Part shown: positions 39,872 to 50,200 of the stretch, one piece after another | Layout: each line of letters begins with the position of its first letter | Position numbering within the stretch: position 1 is the first letter of the stretch | Assembly (NCBI GenBank): GCA_041494885.1 | Contig: JBGQBO010000001.1 | Coordinates: 158,101 to 222,100 of the forward strand | Length of the DNA stretch: 64,000 nt | Source: Terriglobia bacterium | GTDB taxonomy: Bacteria > Acidobacteriota > Terriglobia > JAIQFV01 | Direction: 5' to 3' | Program-made: the position numbers and the translations under genes | Notes under the pieces: model-generated | Database searches by the model: none | What the model saw: the letters and a program-made list of their open reading frames with translations, nothing else | Told to the model about the DNA's origin: nothing

Positions 39872-40678
39872 TCACGCCTCTTCCGTTAGGCTATTCAAGT
39901 ACTTCTCGGCATCCTGCACCTCATGGTCCGGCTGCCGCTGCAAGAACTGTTGAACGCGTGGGAGGGTGCTGTTGCGAATCTCGTCGGGCGTCCCCGCGGC
40001 GAGAATGGACCCTTTATCGAGGACCACAAGGCGGTCCGCAATCAGAAAGGCACTGGTCAATTCATGGGTCACCACGACGATCGTCATATGGAACGCATGC
40101 TTGAGTTTGAGGATCAGATCATCGATTCCGGCGGCGATGATCGGGTCGAGTCCCGCCGAAGGCTCATCGAACAGCAAGATTTCGGGGTCCATGGCAAGAG
40201 CCCTCGCAATCCCCGCACGTTTTCTCATCCCTCCACTCAACTGGGAGGGGGCGAAAGATTCAAACCCGGAAAGGCCCACCTGTTCCAGTTTGATCCGTGT
40301 CATGATCTGAATGGTCGAGTCTTCGAGATCGGTGTGTTCGTGCAACGGTAGGGCCACATTGTCACCCACACTCATCGAATTCAACAGGGCCGAACTCTGA
40401 AACGCCATCCCGATTTTCTTCCGTATTTCATTGAACTCATCTTCCGAAATGCGATTAATGTTCTTGCCAAAGAGAAAGACCTCTCCCGCCGTGGGCATCT
40501 CCAAGCCCACGATATGCCGGAGGAGCGTGGATTTTCCGGACCCGCTGCCGCCGAGAATGACCAGGGTTTCCCCCCGGCGGACTTCGAGATTAATCTCTCG
40601 CAAGACCTCCCGCCCGCCCAGCGTGCTGGACAGGTTCCTAATGAGAATAGCGTTGTGATTTTCCGTCGTCTCTGGCAT
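39872..40678 (-). CDS. mlaF: ABC transporter ATP-binding protein MlaF-like
   Basis: Walker A GGSGSGKST, LSGGMRKR, Walker B LLFDEPSAGLD. Start set at internal MPETTENH (track ORF extends to 40861 with a Cys/Arg-rich, non-conserved N-terminus). Confidence 0.8.
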   Translation of the reverse strand: MPETTENHNAILIRNLSSTLGGREVLREINLEVRRGETLVILGGSGSGKSTLLRHIVGLEMPTAGEVFLFGKNINRISEDEFNEIRKKIGMAFQSSALLNSMSVGDNVALPLHEHTDLEDSTIQIMTRIKLEQVGLSGFESFAPSQLSGGMRKRAGIARALAMDPEILLFDEPSAGLDPIIAAGIDDLILKLKHAFHMTIVVVTHELTSAFLIADRLVVLDKGSILAAGTPDEIRNSTLPRVQQFLQRQPDHEVQDAEKYLNSLTEEA

Positions 40679-40905
40679 ACACTCCGCCACCGGCCATTGC
40701 CTTACAATTTTCCTGAGGTGCCGCCCCGATCTCGTCCCCGCATGCTCGACGGTCAACCTTTTTGTATACCCCTGCGGCGGGGAGCATAGTCCGAGGGACC
40801 TGCCCCGTCCGATGATCGAAAGAGCTTTCCAAAGGACAAGGCATTGAACTCGGGCACTCAAACGACCCGGATCAATTCCTCCGGAAGGAGTTGATCTCCG
40901 GTGGA

Positions 40906-41706
40906 TCAGCTCCCACTGGTAAAATAGAAAATCGCCGTGAAAATCATATCGGCCGCAATGATGCTGAATATCGATTTGACTACTGCAGCGGTTGTCGATC
41001 GCCCGACGCCTTCGGCTCCACCCCGTACGGAAAATCCTTCATAGCAGCCGATTTTTGTGATAATCACCGCAAAGACCCCACTCTTGATCAGCCCGGTAAC
41101 GATATCGCGCATCACCAGGGAGTCAACCGTGGCCAGCAAATAACCCGACAGGCTGGAATCGAGATTGGTGATGGCAAAGAAGGCCCCGCCCAGCACCCCA
41201 GCGGTATCCGCGATGATCGTAAGACACGGCATCATCACCAACATCGCCAGGTATTTCGGGACGACAAGAAACCTGATCGGATTCAAGCCCATGGTTTGGA
41301 GCGCGTCAACCTCCTCGCCCACCTCCATGGTCCCAATCTCGGCGGCAAAGGCCGATCCGGACCGGCCAATCACAATGATGGCAGTCAGGAGCGGCGCCAA
41401 TTCGCGCGTAACCGTGATGGCCACCATGTCGACCACATAATTCAGGGCCCCGAACTTCCGCAGTTCGTAGGCACCCTGGAGCGCAATAATAATCCCAATA
41501 AAGGCGGAAATTAAGGAGACGATGGGGACTGCATCGAAGCCCACCACAACCATCTGTCGGAGGGTGGCCTGCCACCGGATCCCTTTGCCGCGCAATGGCG
41601 CCACGAAAGTCCAGTAGGTGGCCTTGGAAAACATCTCCGCGAGACCCCCCAGGTATCTCGCAAAGGCAATCGATTGTCGGCCGACAAATGCGGGTAGTGA
41701 TAGCAT
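40906..41706 (-). CDS. mlaE: ABC transporter permease MlaE-like
   Basis: 266 aa; five TM, conserved MlaE family core (VVGFDAVPIV..., IGRSGSAFAAEIGTM). Confidence 0.85.
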   Translation of the reverse strand: MLSLPAFVGRQSIAFARYLGGLAEMFSKATYWTFVAPLRGKGIRWQATLRQMVVVGFDAVPIVSLISAFIGIIIALQGAYELRKFGALNYVVDMVAITVTRELAPLLTAIIVIGRSGSAFAAEIGTMEVGEEVDALQTMGLNPIRFLVVPKYLAMLVMMPCLTIIADTAGVLGGAFFAITNLDSSLSGYLLATVDSLVMRDIVTGLIKSGVFAVIITKIGCYEGFSVRGGAEGVGRSTTAAVVKSIFSIIAADMIFTAIFYFTSGS

Positions 41707-41825
41707 AGATCCTTCAACAGATGGAGGCGGGAATCACTTCCAGGAGCCTGGCCCCGCAACGCACGCCTGCAGCGGGTCTCCCAACCCGAAACGCGCCTCC
41801 TGCCGGCCTTCAGAGGGGGTCCGCC

Positions 41826-42158
41826 CTAACTGTCGAGCGCCTCCCGCTCGTCCACGCGGATTTCGAAGACCTTGTCGAGGCGCGCCAATTCAAGCACCTC
41901 GCGGGGGGCCTGTTGCAGCCCAAATATCACAAAATGGCAGCTTCTGGCGCGCGCCAGCTGCAACCCTTCAACCAGCGTAGCGATCCCCGAGCTGTCGATG
42001 TAACTCACCTCGGTCAGATTCACCGCCACGCGAAGGGCCCCCTTGGCCTTGATGGCCTCAAGCACCGCAGTTCGCATTTTCGATGAAGAAGAAAGGTCGA
42101 TCTGACCTTTCAAGTCGATCACCGACGCCACTCCTACTTTGCGAGTTCTGACTTCCAT
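41826..42158 (-). CDS. STAS-domain anti-sigma-factor antagonist (SpoIIAA/RsbV-like)
   Basis: 110 aa; LTEVSYIDSSGIATL with conserved phosphorylatable Ser. Confidence 0.8.
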   Translation of the reverse strand: MEVRTRKVGVASVIDLKGQIDLSSSSKMRTAVLEAIKAKGALRVAVNLTEVSYIDSSGIATLVEGLQLARARSCHFVIFGLQQAPREVLELARLDKVFEIRVDEREALDS

Positions 42159-42182
42159 ATCCGCTGCCTTTTCGGCGAATTC

Positions 42183-42605
42183 TCAGGTCAATTCGCCCGG
42201 GTTGTTCCGGTGGAGAAACTTGACCATTCTCAAGGTATTCCCGCAGCCCGCAACGTGTTCGTATTTTACCTCGTCCATGATGGTGCGAATGAAATGAGTG
42301 CCCAACCCACCGGGTCTTAATTCGTCCAGAGGACGAGGTTTGATTTTCCCCGGATCGATGGGCGGGCCGCAATCCTTAAGGACAAACTCAATCTTATCCC
42401 GAGCGCTTTCACACCGGATCTCGATCGATTGCCCCAAGTCTCCATGATAAGTGTGTTTCATGATGTTAGAGCACGCTTCGTCCACCGCCAGGATTATCTT
42501 GTTCTTCTCCTCGACGGAGCATTCCACCAGCTCGCATACCTTCCCCACCATGGCCCGCACGATGGTCAGGAACTTGGGGTCGGAGGAGATCTTGATTTCA
42601 ATCAT
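42183..42605 (-). CDS. Anti-sigma regulatory factor (RsbW/SpoIIAB-like Ser kinase, HATPase_c)
   Basis: 140 aa; ...DEACSNIMKHTY N-box and G-boxes (GGLGTHFI). Confidence 0.75.
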   Translation of the reverse strand: MIEIKISSDPKFLTIVRAMVGKVCELVECSVEEKNKIILAVDEACSNIMKHTYHGDLGQSIEIRCESARDKIEFVLKDCGPPIDPGKIKPRPLDELRPGGLGTHFIRTIMDEVKYEHVAGCGNTLRMVKFLHRNNPGELT

Positions 42606-42618
42606 CGTCGAACTCGAT

Positions 42619-43524
42619 TCAATTCGTATGGCCGGTCAGCGAAAAACTCAATTTCATGTTCTTCGCATAGGCCGCTCCGATCATCGCGGGCATGACTGAA
42701 TTGAGAAGATACGATAGAAAGGTGGCATTAAATGCGACCGCTGATGAGATTCCAAATAAGGCCAGCAGCGCGATTGCCGTCCCCTCCCGCACCCCCAATC
42801 CGCTGAGCGTGATCGGGGCAACGTTTGTGAGGAGGACCAGCGGAAACACAAACAGGATCACCGAGAAAGGGACGGCGACGAAGCATCGCAGGAGAACGTA
42901 AAAAGTCACCAAATCGACGAAGGTCATGCAGCAGCTCAAAAGGAAGTTCTGCGCGATGGCTCCACGACTCAAGTTTCTCTCCACCTGTTCAACCGTGGAG
43001 AGACGGGTGCCCAGCCAACCCTTCTTGAAGCACCGCCGGAGCAACCCCAGGAACGATTCAAAACGGACGACAATAAGCCCCATCACCCCCATGGTCAGCG
43101 CCAGCACAATCCGAAAAGCAGGGCTGACCCGTGACGTCGCGCCCACCGAGGCAAACAAGAGGACCACAAAAAGATCCACGAGGCGATCAAGAAAGGTCAG
43201 CGCCCCAACCTGGGTCTTGGTCCCGTTTCCAAAGAACAAGGCCCGGCTCAATTCCCCCACCCGAGCGGGCGTCACTAAAGCGAAGGCCATGCCCCCGAGC
43301 AGACTCACCAGGGATTGTTTGGGGGTGCAGATTCGAAGGCCGCCCTTGACCAGGATATGCCACTTCCACCAGCGCAGGGAAAGCATCACGAACCCGAGTC
43401 CGACCGCAATGATCAAGCCGTCGAAATTGGCCGCTTGCAGGGTTTGAAAGATCTGGCGCGGATGAATCTTCCAGAGTAAGAAGGTGAGCAGAACTGCCGA
43501 AATGAAGATCTTGAGTTTTGTCAT
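42619..43524 (-). CDS. Flippase-like (lysylphosphatidylglycerol-synthase TM-region-like) membrane protein
   Basis: 301 aa; about 8 TM helices, UPF0104-type pattern. Confidence 0.5.
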   Translation of the reverse strand: MTKLKIFISAVLLTFLLWKIHPRQIFQTLQAANFDGLIIAVGLGFVMLSLRWWKWHILVKGGLRICTPKQSLVSLLGGMAFALVTPARVGELSRALFFGNGTKTQVGALTFLDRLVDLFVVLLFASVGATSRVSPAFRIVLALTMGVMGLIVVRFESFLGLLRRCFKKGWLGTRLSTVEQVERNLSRGAIAQNFLLSCCMTFVDLVTFYVLLRCFVAVPFSVILFVFPLVLLTNVAPITLSGLGVREGTAIALLALFGISSAVAFNATFLSYLLNSVMPAMIGAAYAKNMKLSFSLTGHTN

Positions 43525-43957
43525 GAATCCCGGGTATTGATTGGTGCCCGATCACTGGCCGTGAACCGGTGACGTGATTGGTCGAATCACACTGCGGCGG
43601 CGGTTTGTGACGAAAGGAACCGAACCGCCCTACGACTGCCAATTGAAGTAGTGCAGGGACTTGCCATGAATGGTATAAGGACCTCGTCTCAATCCTGTGA
43701 AGTGTGTCAACGGGCCCCAGTAATGTAACAAAAAACCGCGCCGATTCAAACCGAAAAGCCGAAGACCCCGCCCACCCTCTCCATCCTCCGCCAACAAACC
43801 CTGATTTCTCCAGGTGGCAAAGCAAGGTGTCGTCCGACACGGTTAGTTGATTCAACCGGGCACAAGCTGGGATATAATCGGGAGGCTCCATCACCATCAC
43901 TCCATCCGTCAGGAAGGGCACGTCCCAACGAGGGGAATTCGTTGTTGAGGGGAATCC

Positions 43958-45346
43958 ATGAAGACCTATGACCTCATCGTGATAGGAAGCGGCCCGGCGG
44001 GCCACCATGCGGCCATCCAGGCAGCCAAGCTAGGCAAGCATGTGGCCATCATCGAAAAGAGAGAGATGATGGGAGGCGTTTCGGTCCATACGGGTACGAT
44101 TCCCAGCAAGACTCTTCGGGAGGCGGTCCTTTACCTGTCGGGGTTCCGTCAGCGCGGGCTTTACGGCATCAGCTACGCGGTCAAGAGAGACATCACGATG
44201 GAAGATCTTGTCTTCCGCGTTAATCATGTCATCAAGAATGAAACCGAGGTTTGTAACGCACAGTTGTCACGCAACGGAGTCGACGTGCTGAACGGGCACG
44301 CTACTTTCCTGGATGCGCATCACCTCCATCTGGAGGGCTCGCGCCTAACGGATGATTACGAAGCCGAATTCATCATTATCGCAACCGGAACGGTGCCGGC
44401 GCACTCCTCAACCGTTCCTATTGATGGGACGACCATCCTCGACAGCGACATGCTCCCAAGATTACCGGTGATTCCCAAGACCATGACCGTTGTCGGGGCC
44501 GGGGTGGTCGGGGTGGAATTCAGCTGCATGATGGCAACTCTCGGAGTGTCTGTGACTCTACTCGACCTCCGTCCGCGTATGCTGGAATTTGTGGACCAGC
44601 AGATCATCAACGAATTGAGCTATCACATGCAGGAAATCGGCGTCACGATGCGGCTGGGGGAGGAGATGGAGAGCGTGGACAAGTCCACCTCCGGACGCGT
44701 GGTGGCTCACCTGAAGAGCAAGAAGGAGGTTTACTCCGACGTGGTTCTCTACGCGGTGGGGCGCCTAGGGAACACGGTGGATCTCCATCTCGAAAGAGTG
44801 GGATTGGAGCCGGACGAGCGGGGGCGGATCGCCGTCAACGGGAGCTTTCAGACGGCTGCTCCCAATATTTATGCGGTGGGTGATGTCATTGGCTTCCCGA
44901 GCCTGGCCTCGGTTTCCATGGAGCAAGGGCGATTGGCCTCCTGCCACGCCTTCCATTCGGCCTGTTCCACCATGCCAAACCTCTTCCCCTATGGGATCTA
45001 CACCATCCCCGAAATCTCCTATGTCGGACAGAACGAAGAGCAGCTCACCGCCGCCGGTATCCCATACGAAGTGGGGGTCGCACGCTACCGTGAGATCGCC
45101 CGCGGGCAGATCATCGGCGACAATACCGGTATCTTGAAACTCCTCTTCCACTGCGAATCGAGAAAACTGCTGGGAGTTCACATCCTGGGAGAGGGGGCGG
45201 CAGAATTGATTCACATCGGGCAGGCTGTTCTGACTTACGAGGGGACGATCGATTATTTCATCAACAATGTCTTTAACTATCCCACTCTCGCCGAGTGCTA
45301 CAAAGTGGCCGCGCTTGCAGGAATGAACAAACTATTGGCGAGATGA
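43958..45346 (+). CDS. sthA: Soluble pyridine nucleotide transhydrogenase (SthA/UdhA-like)
   Basis: 462 aa; MKTYDLIVIGSGPAG, GGVSVHTGTIPSKTL (no redox disulfide CxxxxC), second Rossmann, dimerisation domain. Confidence 0.8.
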   Translation: MKTYDLIVIGSGPAGHHAAIQAAKLGKHVAIIEKREMMGGVSVHTGTIPSKTLREAVLYLSGFRQRGLYGISYAVKRDITMEDLVFRVNHVIKNETEVCNAQLSRNGVDVLNGHATFLDAHHLHLEGSRLTDDYEAEFIIIATGTVPAHSSTVPIDGTTILDSDMLPRLPVIPKTMTVVGAGVVGVEFSCMMATLGVSVTLLDLRPRMLEFVDQQIINELSYHMQEIGVTMRLGEEMESVDKSTSGRVVAHLKSKKEVYSDVVLYAVGRLGNTVDLHLERVGLEPDERGRIAVNGSFQTAAPNIYAVGDVIGFPSLASVSMEQGRLASCHAFHSACSTMPNLFPYGIYTIPEISYVGQNEEQLTAAGIPYEVGVARYREIARGQIIGDNTGILKLLFHCESRKLLGVHILGEGAAELIHIGQAVLTYEGTIDYFINNVFNYPTLAECYKVAALAGMNKLLAR

Positions 45347-45398
45347 TTTATGCGGGATTGGGAAGGGGCCCCGCCGCGTGAATCATGTTACAAGAGAG

Positions 45399-46904
45399 TT
45401 ATTGCTGTCTTCCCCTCTGTCCGCTCTCCCACTCCGACCACAGCCCGAAGGTCTTCATCTGTTGATCCAACTGCGTCTCCGCAAGCAGTGCCTCTACCTG
45501 TGCGCGGGATTGCCGCATCCCGACCCGCTCGGGCCGCTCCGCGATCCCAAACACGGTCACGGCCGCATAGGCCTCCTGCACTTTGAGTTCACGCAAATCC
45601 ACCTTGTCCAGAGTGTCTGAGGAGGCATGATAATTGGGCAAATAATCAGTGGGATCCTGGTTGGCTACCAGCGTGGGGATTCCTTCCAGGAGAAAATCAA
45701 AATTATCGGTTCCGATAAAGGCATCCGTGGTCTGTATGTTTGACCCCCAACCCTGAACCGGTCTCAGGATTTCCGCCATGGGCGGCTCAGTGTCCTTCCT
45801 CCCGCCCAGCGAGTATCCGGACACACGCCCCACGCCTTCATCGAAGATTGTAACAGCCACAATCTTGTCCATTTCATCGCGGTGCTGGTGGACGTAGGCC
45901 TGGGAACCCAGGAGGCCTTGTTCCTCACCACTGAAAAGAATAAACCGCAAGGTACGGCGGGGGCGGACTTTGGCATCGTGGATGGCCCGCGCCACGTCGA
46001 TCACCAGCGCCGCGTTGCATCCGTTGTCCAGTGCCCCGGTCCCGAGTTCCCACGAGTCCAAATGAGCACCCAGGATAACCACTTCGTCCGGTCTTTCGCT
46101 GCCACGAATCTCTGCGACCACGTTTTCGGCTTCAAACGGGCCCCCAATCTTGTTGGGAAGCGAGATGTTCATCCTCACCAGGCCCCTTGACTCAATCAGA
46201 CGCGCCACTCGCATGGCATCCTCCCGCGCGAGAATGGCCATGGGCAATCGATCTAACTGGCCTCGTTGTGAATTGGTGTGGCGGTAGAGCAGGTTGCGCG
46301 GACGTGTGGACATGAAGACCAGCGCTGCGGCACCCACCCGAACAGCCTCGTTGACGATCCCGGGAGCCTTGATGTATTCGTTGAACAGATCATCGAGCGA
46401 CACCATCGGTCGGGAATGAACCAGCAGGATTGCCCCTCTGGCGCTGGCTTCCAGTTTTGAGAAATCAGCCAGTGTGCCCTCTCCCACATCCCGGACGGGG
46501 GCATCAAGACCAGAAATAGAAGGAGCCCACGCCACCGAGACCGCCTTGACCTCAAAATGAACAGGTGAAGTCACCTCAACCTTGGTTGCCCCTTCCTGCC
46601 ACGATTGGGGGACGATGAATTTTTCCGTGTGGACATCGTCCACCCCGGCTTTGCGGAAGTTTTCAACGCCCCAGGACACCGCCCGGCCCAAGGCGGCGGT
46701 CCCCGTGGGACGTCCACCAATTTCATCACAGAGGATACGCAGAGTTTCTGCGAGAGGCGAAGGACCCAGGGCCTGGGCGATGAGCACATCCGCACCAGCC
46801 ACCCCGGATGGCGGGGCCGATCGGACAGGTCGAATGAATTCAGTCGAGAGAGAAGCGATCAAAAGGAGCAGGGATGCGGTGATAGCAATTCTTAGTTTGC
46901 TCAT
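45399..46904 (-). CDS. M28-family peptidase with PA domain, secreted
   Basis: Start at signal-peptide Met MSKLRIAITASLLLL (track ORF over-extends to 47141); HLDSW, DNGCNAAL, GEEQGLLGS Zn-ligand motifs. Confidence 0.75.
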   Translation of the reverse strand: MSKLRIAITASLLLLIASLSTEFIRPVRSAPPSGVAGADVLIAQALGPSPLAETLRILCDEIGGRPTGTAALGRAVSWGVENFRKAGVDDVHTEKFIVPQSWQEGATKVEVTSPVHFEVKAVSVAWAPSISGLDAPVRDVGEGTLADFSKLEASARGAILLVHSRPMVSLDDLFNEYIKAPGIVNEAVRVGAAALVFMSTRPRNLLYRHTNSQRGQLDRLPMAILAREDAMRVARLIESRGLVRMNISLPNKIGGPFEAENVVAEIRGSERPDEVVILGAHLDSWELGTGALDNGCNAALVIDVARAIHDAKVRPRRTLRFILFSGEEQGLLGSQAYVHQHRDEMDKIVAVTIFDEGVGRVSGYSLGGRKDTEPPMAEILRPVQGWGSNIQTTDAFIGTDNFDFLLEGIPTLVANQDPTDYLPNYHASSDTLDKVDLRELKVQEAYAAVTVFGIAERPERVGMRQSRAQVEALLAETQLDQQMKTFGLWSEWESGQRGRQQ

Positions 46905-47269
46905 GGCGTCTCCATTGCAGATGGCGATATAAGTCGAGCCGCGAATGCAGCCCTGTCGAAACCTGTTAAGTGAACCGACTGAGAATTTAACCTGAATTCC
47001 GCGACTTGAACAAGGGGGAAGGCTAGGCCAACACCTTGGAACGCAAGGTTTCGACGGCCCCCTAGATCCGGGCCGAGACAGAGCACGGGCGGCCCCATCC
47101 CCATCGAACCGCCGACGGAGTGCGCTGGTCGAGCGGAACATCGCGCGCCCACCCGCGTCATTATTGGATGTAAGGATTAGTTCTCAAGGGCCAAAACGTT
47201 GGTTACAACGGGAATTGCCCATGACATCGCGGCAATAAAATCTGTGCACGACCTTATCGCACTGATCAA

Positions 47270-50200
47270 TTAATCTTTAATGATCTGCAATTGCTGGTCC
47301 CCCGCCTCCGATGGGACCTCCTCATCGACCTTCAACAACAGATGTCGATCCGCCTTGGCGAGCGGAATCGCGGACCCGTCATCAGCGAAAAAATTCAACC
47401 GGAGACTCTGCAAGGGGCCCGAGTTGAGAAAGAAAAATTGGGTCTTGTAGCCTCCCCCCTCGGTAATCTGGGGGAAGATCATAGAGGGTGAAGGAGATTG
47501 CCTTGCAATTCCCACGGGAAAAGTGGTGAGCAGAAAATCTCCCCGCGAATTGGTAAACGCTCGCATCGTCAGCACAGCAAAAGGCGTTGCTGACGAAAGG
47601 TCAACGACCCCGATGAACTCGTCAGGCAAGCCTCCCGGTATCAATTCCTCAAGAAACCGTGATTGATGGCCCATCGCGCTCACGTCGAGCGATCCGCTCC
47701 CGGCCCCACTCACTCCATTCCGCTCATACACATTGATGCCGACTCGCAGTGGAATCGGCCCCGGATTTGCCACCGCCAGTCCCGTGTCGTGCCCCTCCGA
47801 CTTGTCCACGAAGACCCGCGCATGTGTGGTCAGGGATGCGGAAGGGATTCCGGACTCGGTGACGACAACCCCACCCTGGGAATAACTCAAGACGCCCGCA
47901 CCGACCGGAGTTAGCCGCGCTGGGTCGGGGAGGACTTGAACCAACCCCGAGTTGACATGAGTCGGGGAGCCGTCAGTCTGAAAGACGTAGAGGCCGCCTG
48001 GAGGGATGGCATAGGGAAAAGACGAGTCTGCCCGCCCGTTGATCTGTTGAACCGTAAGCGATGATCCATTGTCCCCCAAGATCCGCAATTCCCCCGTTTC
48101 AAGCGTAGCCGATGGGTTCATCAGAATCAGTGTGGTCTTGTATCCGCCTCCGTCGACGAGGTGCGGAAAGTAGAGCGGATCGACTGCAGGTGCCTGACTC
48201 AGATCCGCGACTGGAGTGCTCGTCATTAATGCTTCACCGCGGGAGTTGTTCGTTAATCTCAACGCCAGCAGGGCAAGGGGCTGACTACTCTTGATTTCAA
48301 GCGTCCCAAACTGGATGGCGGAAGAAAAGTCGGGCGGAAAAACAAATCCGCGGGCAAGGTCGCTGAGCTGATCGATAAACCGTGACACGTGGCTATTCGC
48401 AAGGAGCGTTCCGAACCCAACCGCTAGCGGCGAACCATCGACGCCCCTCAGTGTAAACTTGACATCCGCCGAGAGGTTGTTTCCATTGACGATGGCAAGA
48501 CCTGTGTTGGTCTCGATCTTAGTGGCATCGAGACGACCTGTTTTTGCGGAAAAACTCGATCGGTAATCGATAAAAATCTGGGCCGCGGTCGTTGGCTGAG
48601 AGGGAGGTACTCCCACCTCACTCACCACGACTCCATTCTGAGTCAAGGCGAAGACCGCCGTCCCATAGGGGAGTGCCCCCGTCTTCGGGGACAACGTTGC
48701 ATAACCCGCCTGCGCCGCCCCTCCATTGCCTGAGGTAGCATGGATAGCCATTCCGGCGGCCGGAAGATCCAGATCTACTTCGGAGCTGCCGGGTGTAGAG
48801 AGGACGGAAATGATTCGGAAATCACTTGCCAACCCTGATCGATCCTGAAGTTGGACCTGGATCTGGCGCGTGTCGGCTAGGCGATTGGAGCCGGTAAAAG
48901 CAATCTCGGAAACAAATGAGGTCTTATTATCGACTCTCGTCCCGATGTCAAAGCTCCCCGTGCCCAAAACCTGTCCCTGCGCATCAAACCGGGTCTCGGT
49001 CAATCCGACCACGTCGCCTTGCCCATCCCTGCCATAGAACTGTATCCGGATCACTCCATTCGCAGAATCGGCTTGGAAACTTGCGGTCGCGGTGTCGAGG
49101 ATGGGGGGCCCGCTTTCAACGACGCCCCGGATCATCAGGTTGACCGGGGTTCCTTCATTCCACATCCTGGATCCCCCGAACGTCGCCCCGTTGTCCGTAG
49201 AAACATATCCCCCCTGTCTATCCGGGCCGCTCGAATCCAGGGCCGCAGAAACGGCCCCAGAGGCAGGGTACTGGAATCCGATGTACCAATCTCCCGAATC
49301 GATCGCAGGCCCGTTCACAATGGGGAAATCGACATATCCGTTATTGCCATGAATGACCGCCCACTGGTCGACCAGAAGAACGGGAGAATCCGGGGAACGA
49401 TTTGTGGCAGTACGATCGGTGAATGCGACCAAGCGTATTGATTGCCCCAGAGAACCCTGGGCATTCAAGTCCTGAGGGATAAAGATTCGAATGGCTTTCA
49501 ACTTTGAAGGATAGCGACGCGGTGTCAAACGGTTGACCACCATCAAGCCGGTCCCAGGCAAGCTGCTTTCCATCGATCCATCATCGACCAACAACTCCTC
49601 GGTCTTCAGCGCACTGGAAGGGTTCACCAGACTTGCCCGCAAGGCAAAACTGGTCTGGGAGTTGCTGCAGTTGGCCACGGCGATATAATAGGTTCCTGGA
49701 ACCAGGGGAGGAGTGGTCTGGTCGTTGACATAAAGGCTTTGATCGGGAAGAGTGGTCTCCGACTTGTAATCAGCGGTGATCCGTCCCCCCGCAAGAACAA
49801 CCGATTGATCCCGCCGCAAAAACAAATTCACGTTTTGATTCCCTGAGAGTGTGACAATGAGTTGCAGTGTGCCGGCGGGGACATCAATAGTGTATTGTGA
49901 AGGGCCGAGCGTGCAGGTGGTGGCCGAGGAACCGGGCGAAAGGACAGCGGAGGTCTGAACCCCCGAAACGAGATTCACGATTCCGGTATCCGACAGGTTG
50001 GAAGCGAAGCTTTGAACAAAAAGATCTCCATTGAAAGAACCCCAACCCGTCACCTGATCATAAGCGACCTCAGCGGAGAACCCCGGCACGGCGCCCGTGC
50101 TGTTGCTCCCGACTGTCACATCGTGAAACGTTTGGAGGCCGCCCGAAGTCAGCTGGGTCCGGCCCATTTCATAGATTCGGGTGTTCGCCAAACCGACGCC

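Noticed and set aside
39872-40861. Full 329-aa extent of the MlaF ORF
   Set aside because: The first 61 codons are Cys/Arg-rich and non-conserved. The ABC domain begins at the internal Met, so the shorter start is used.
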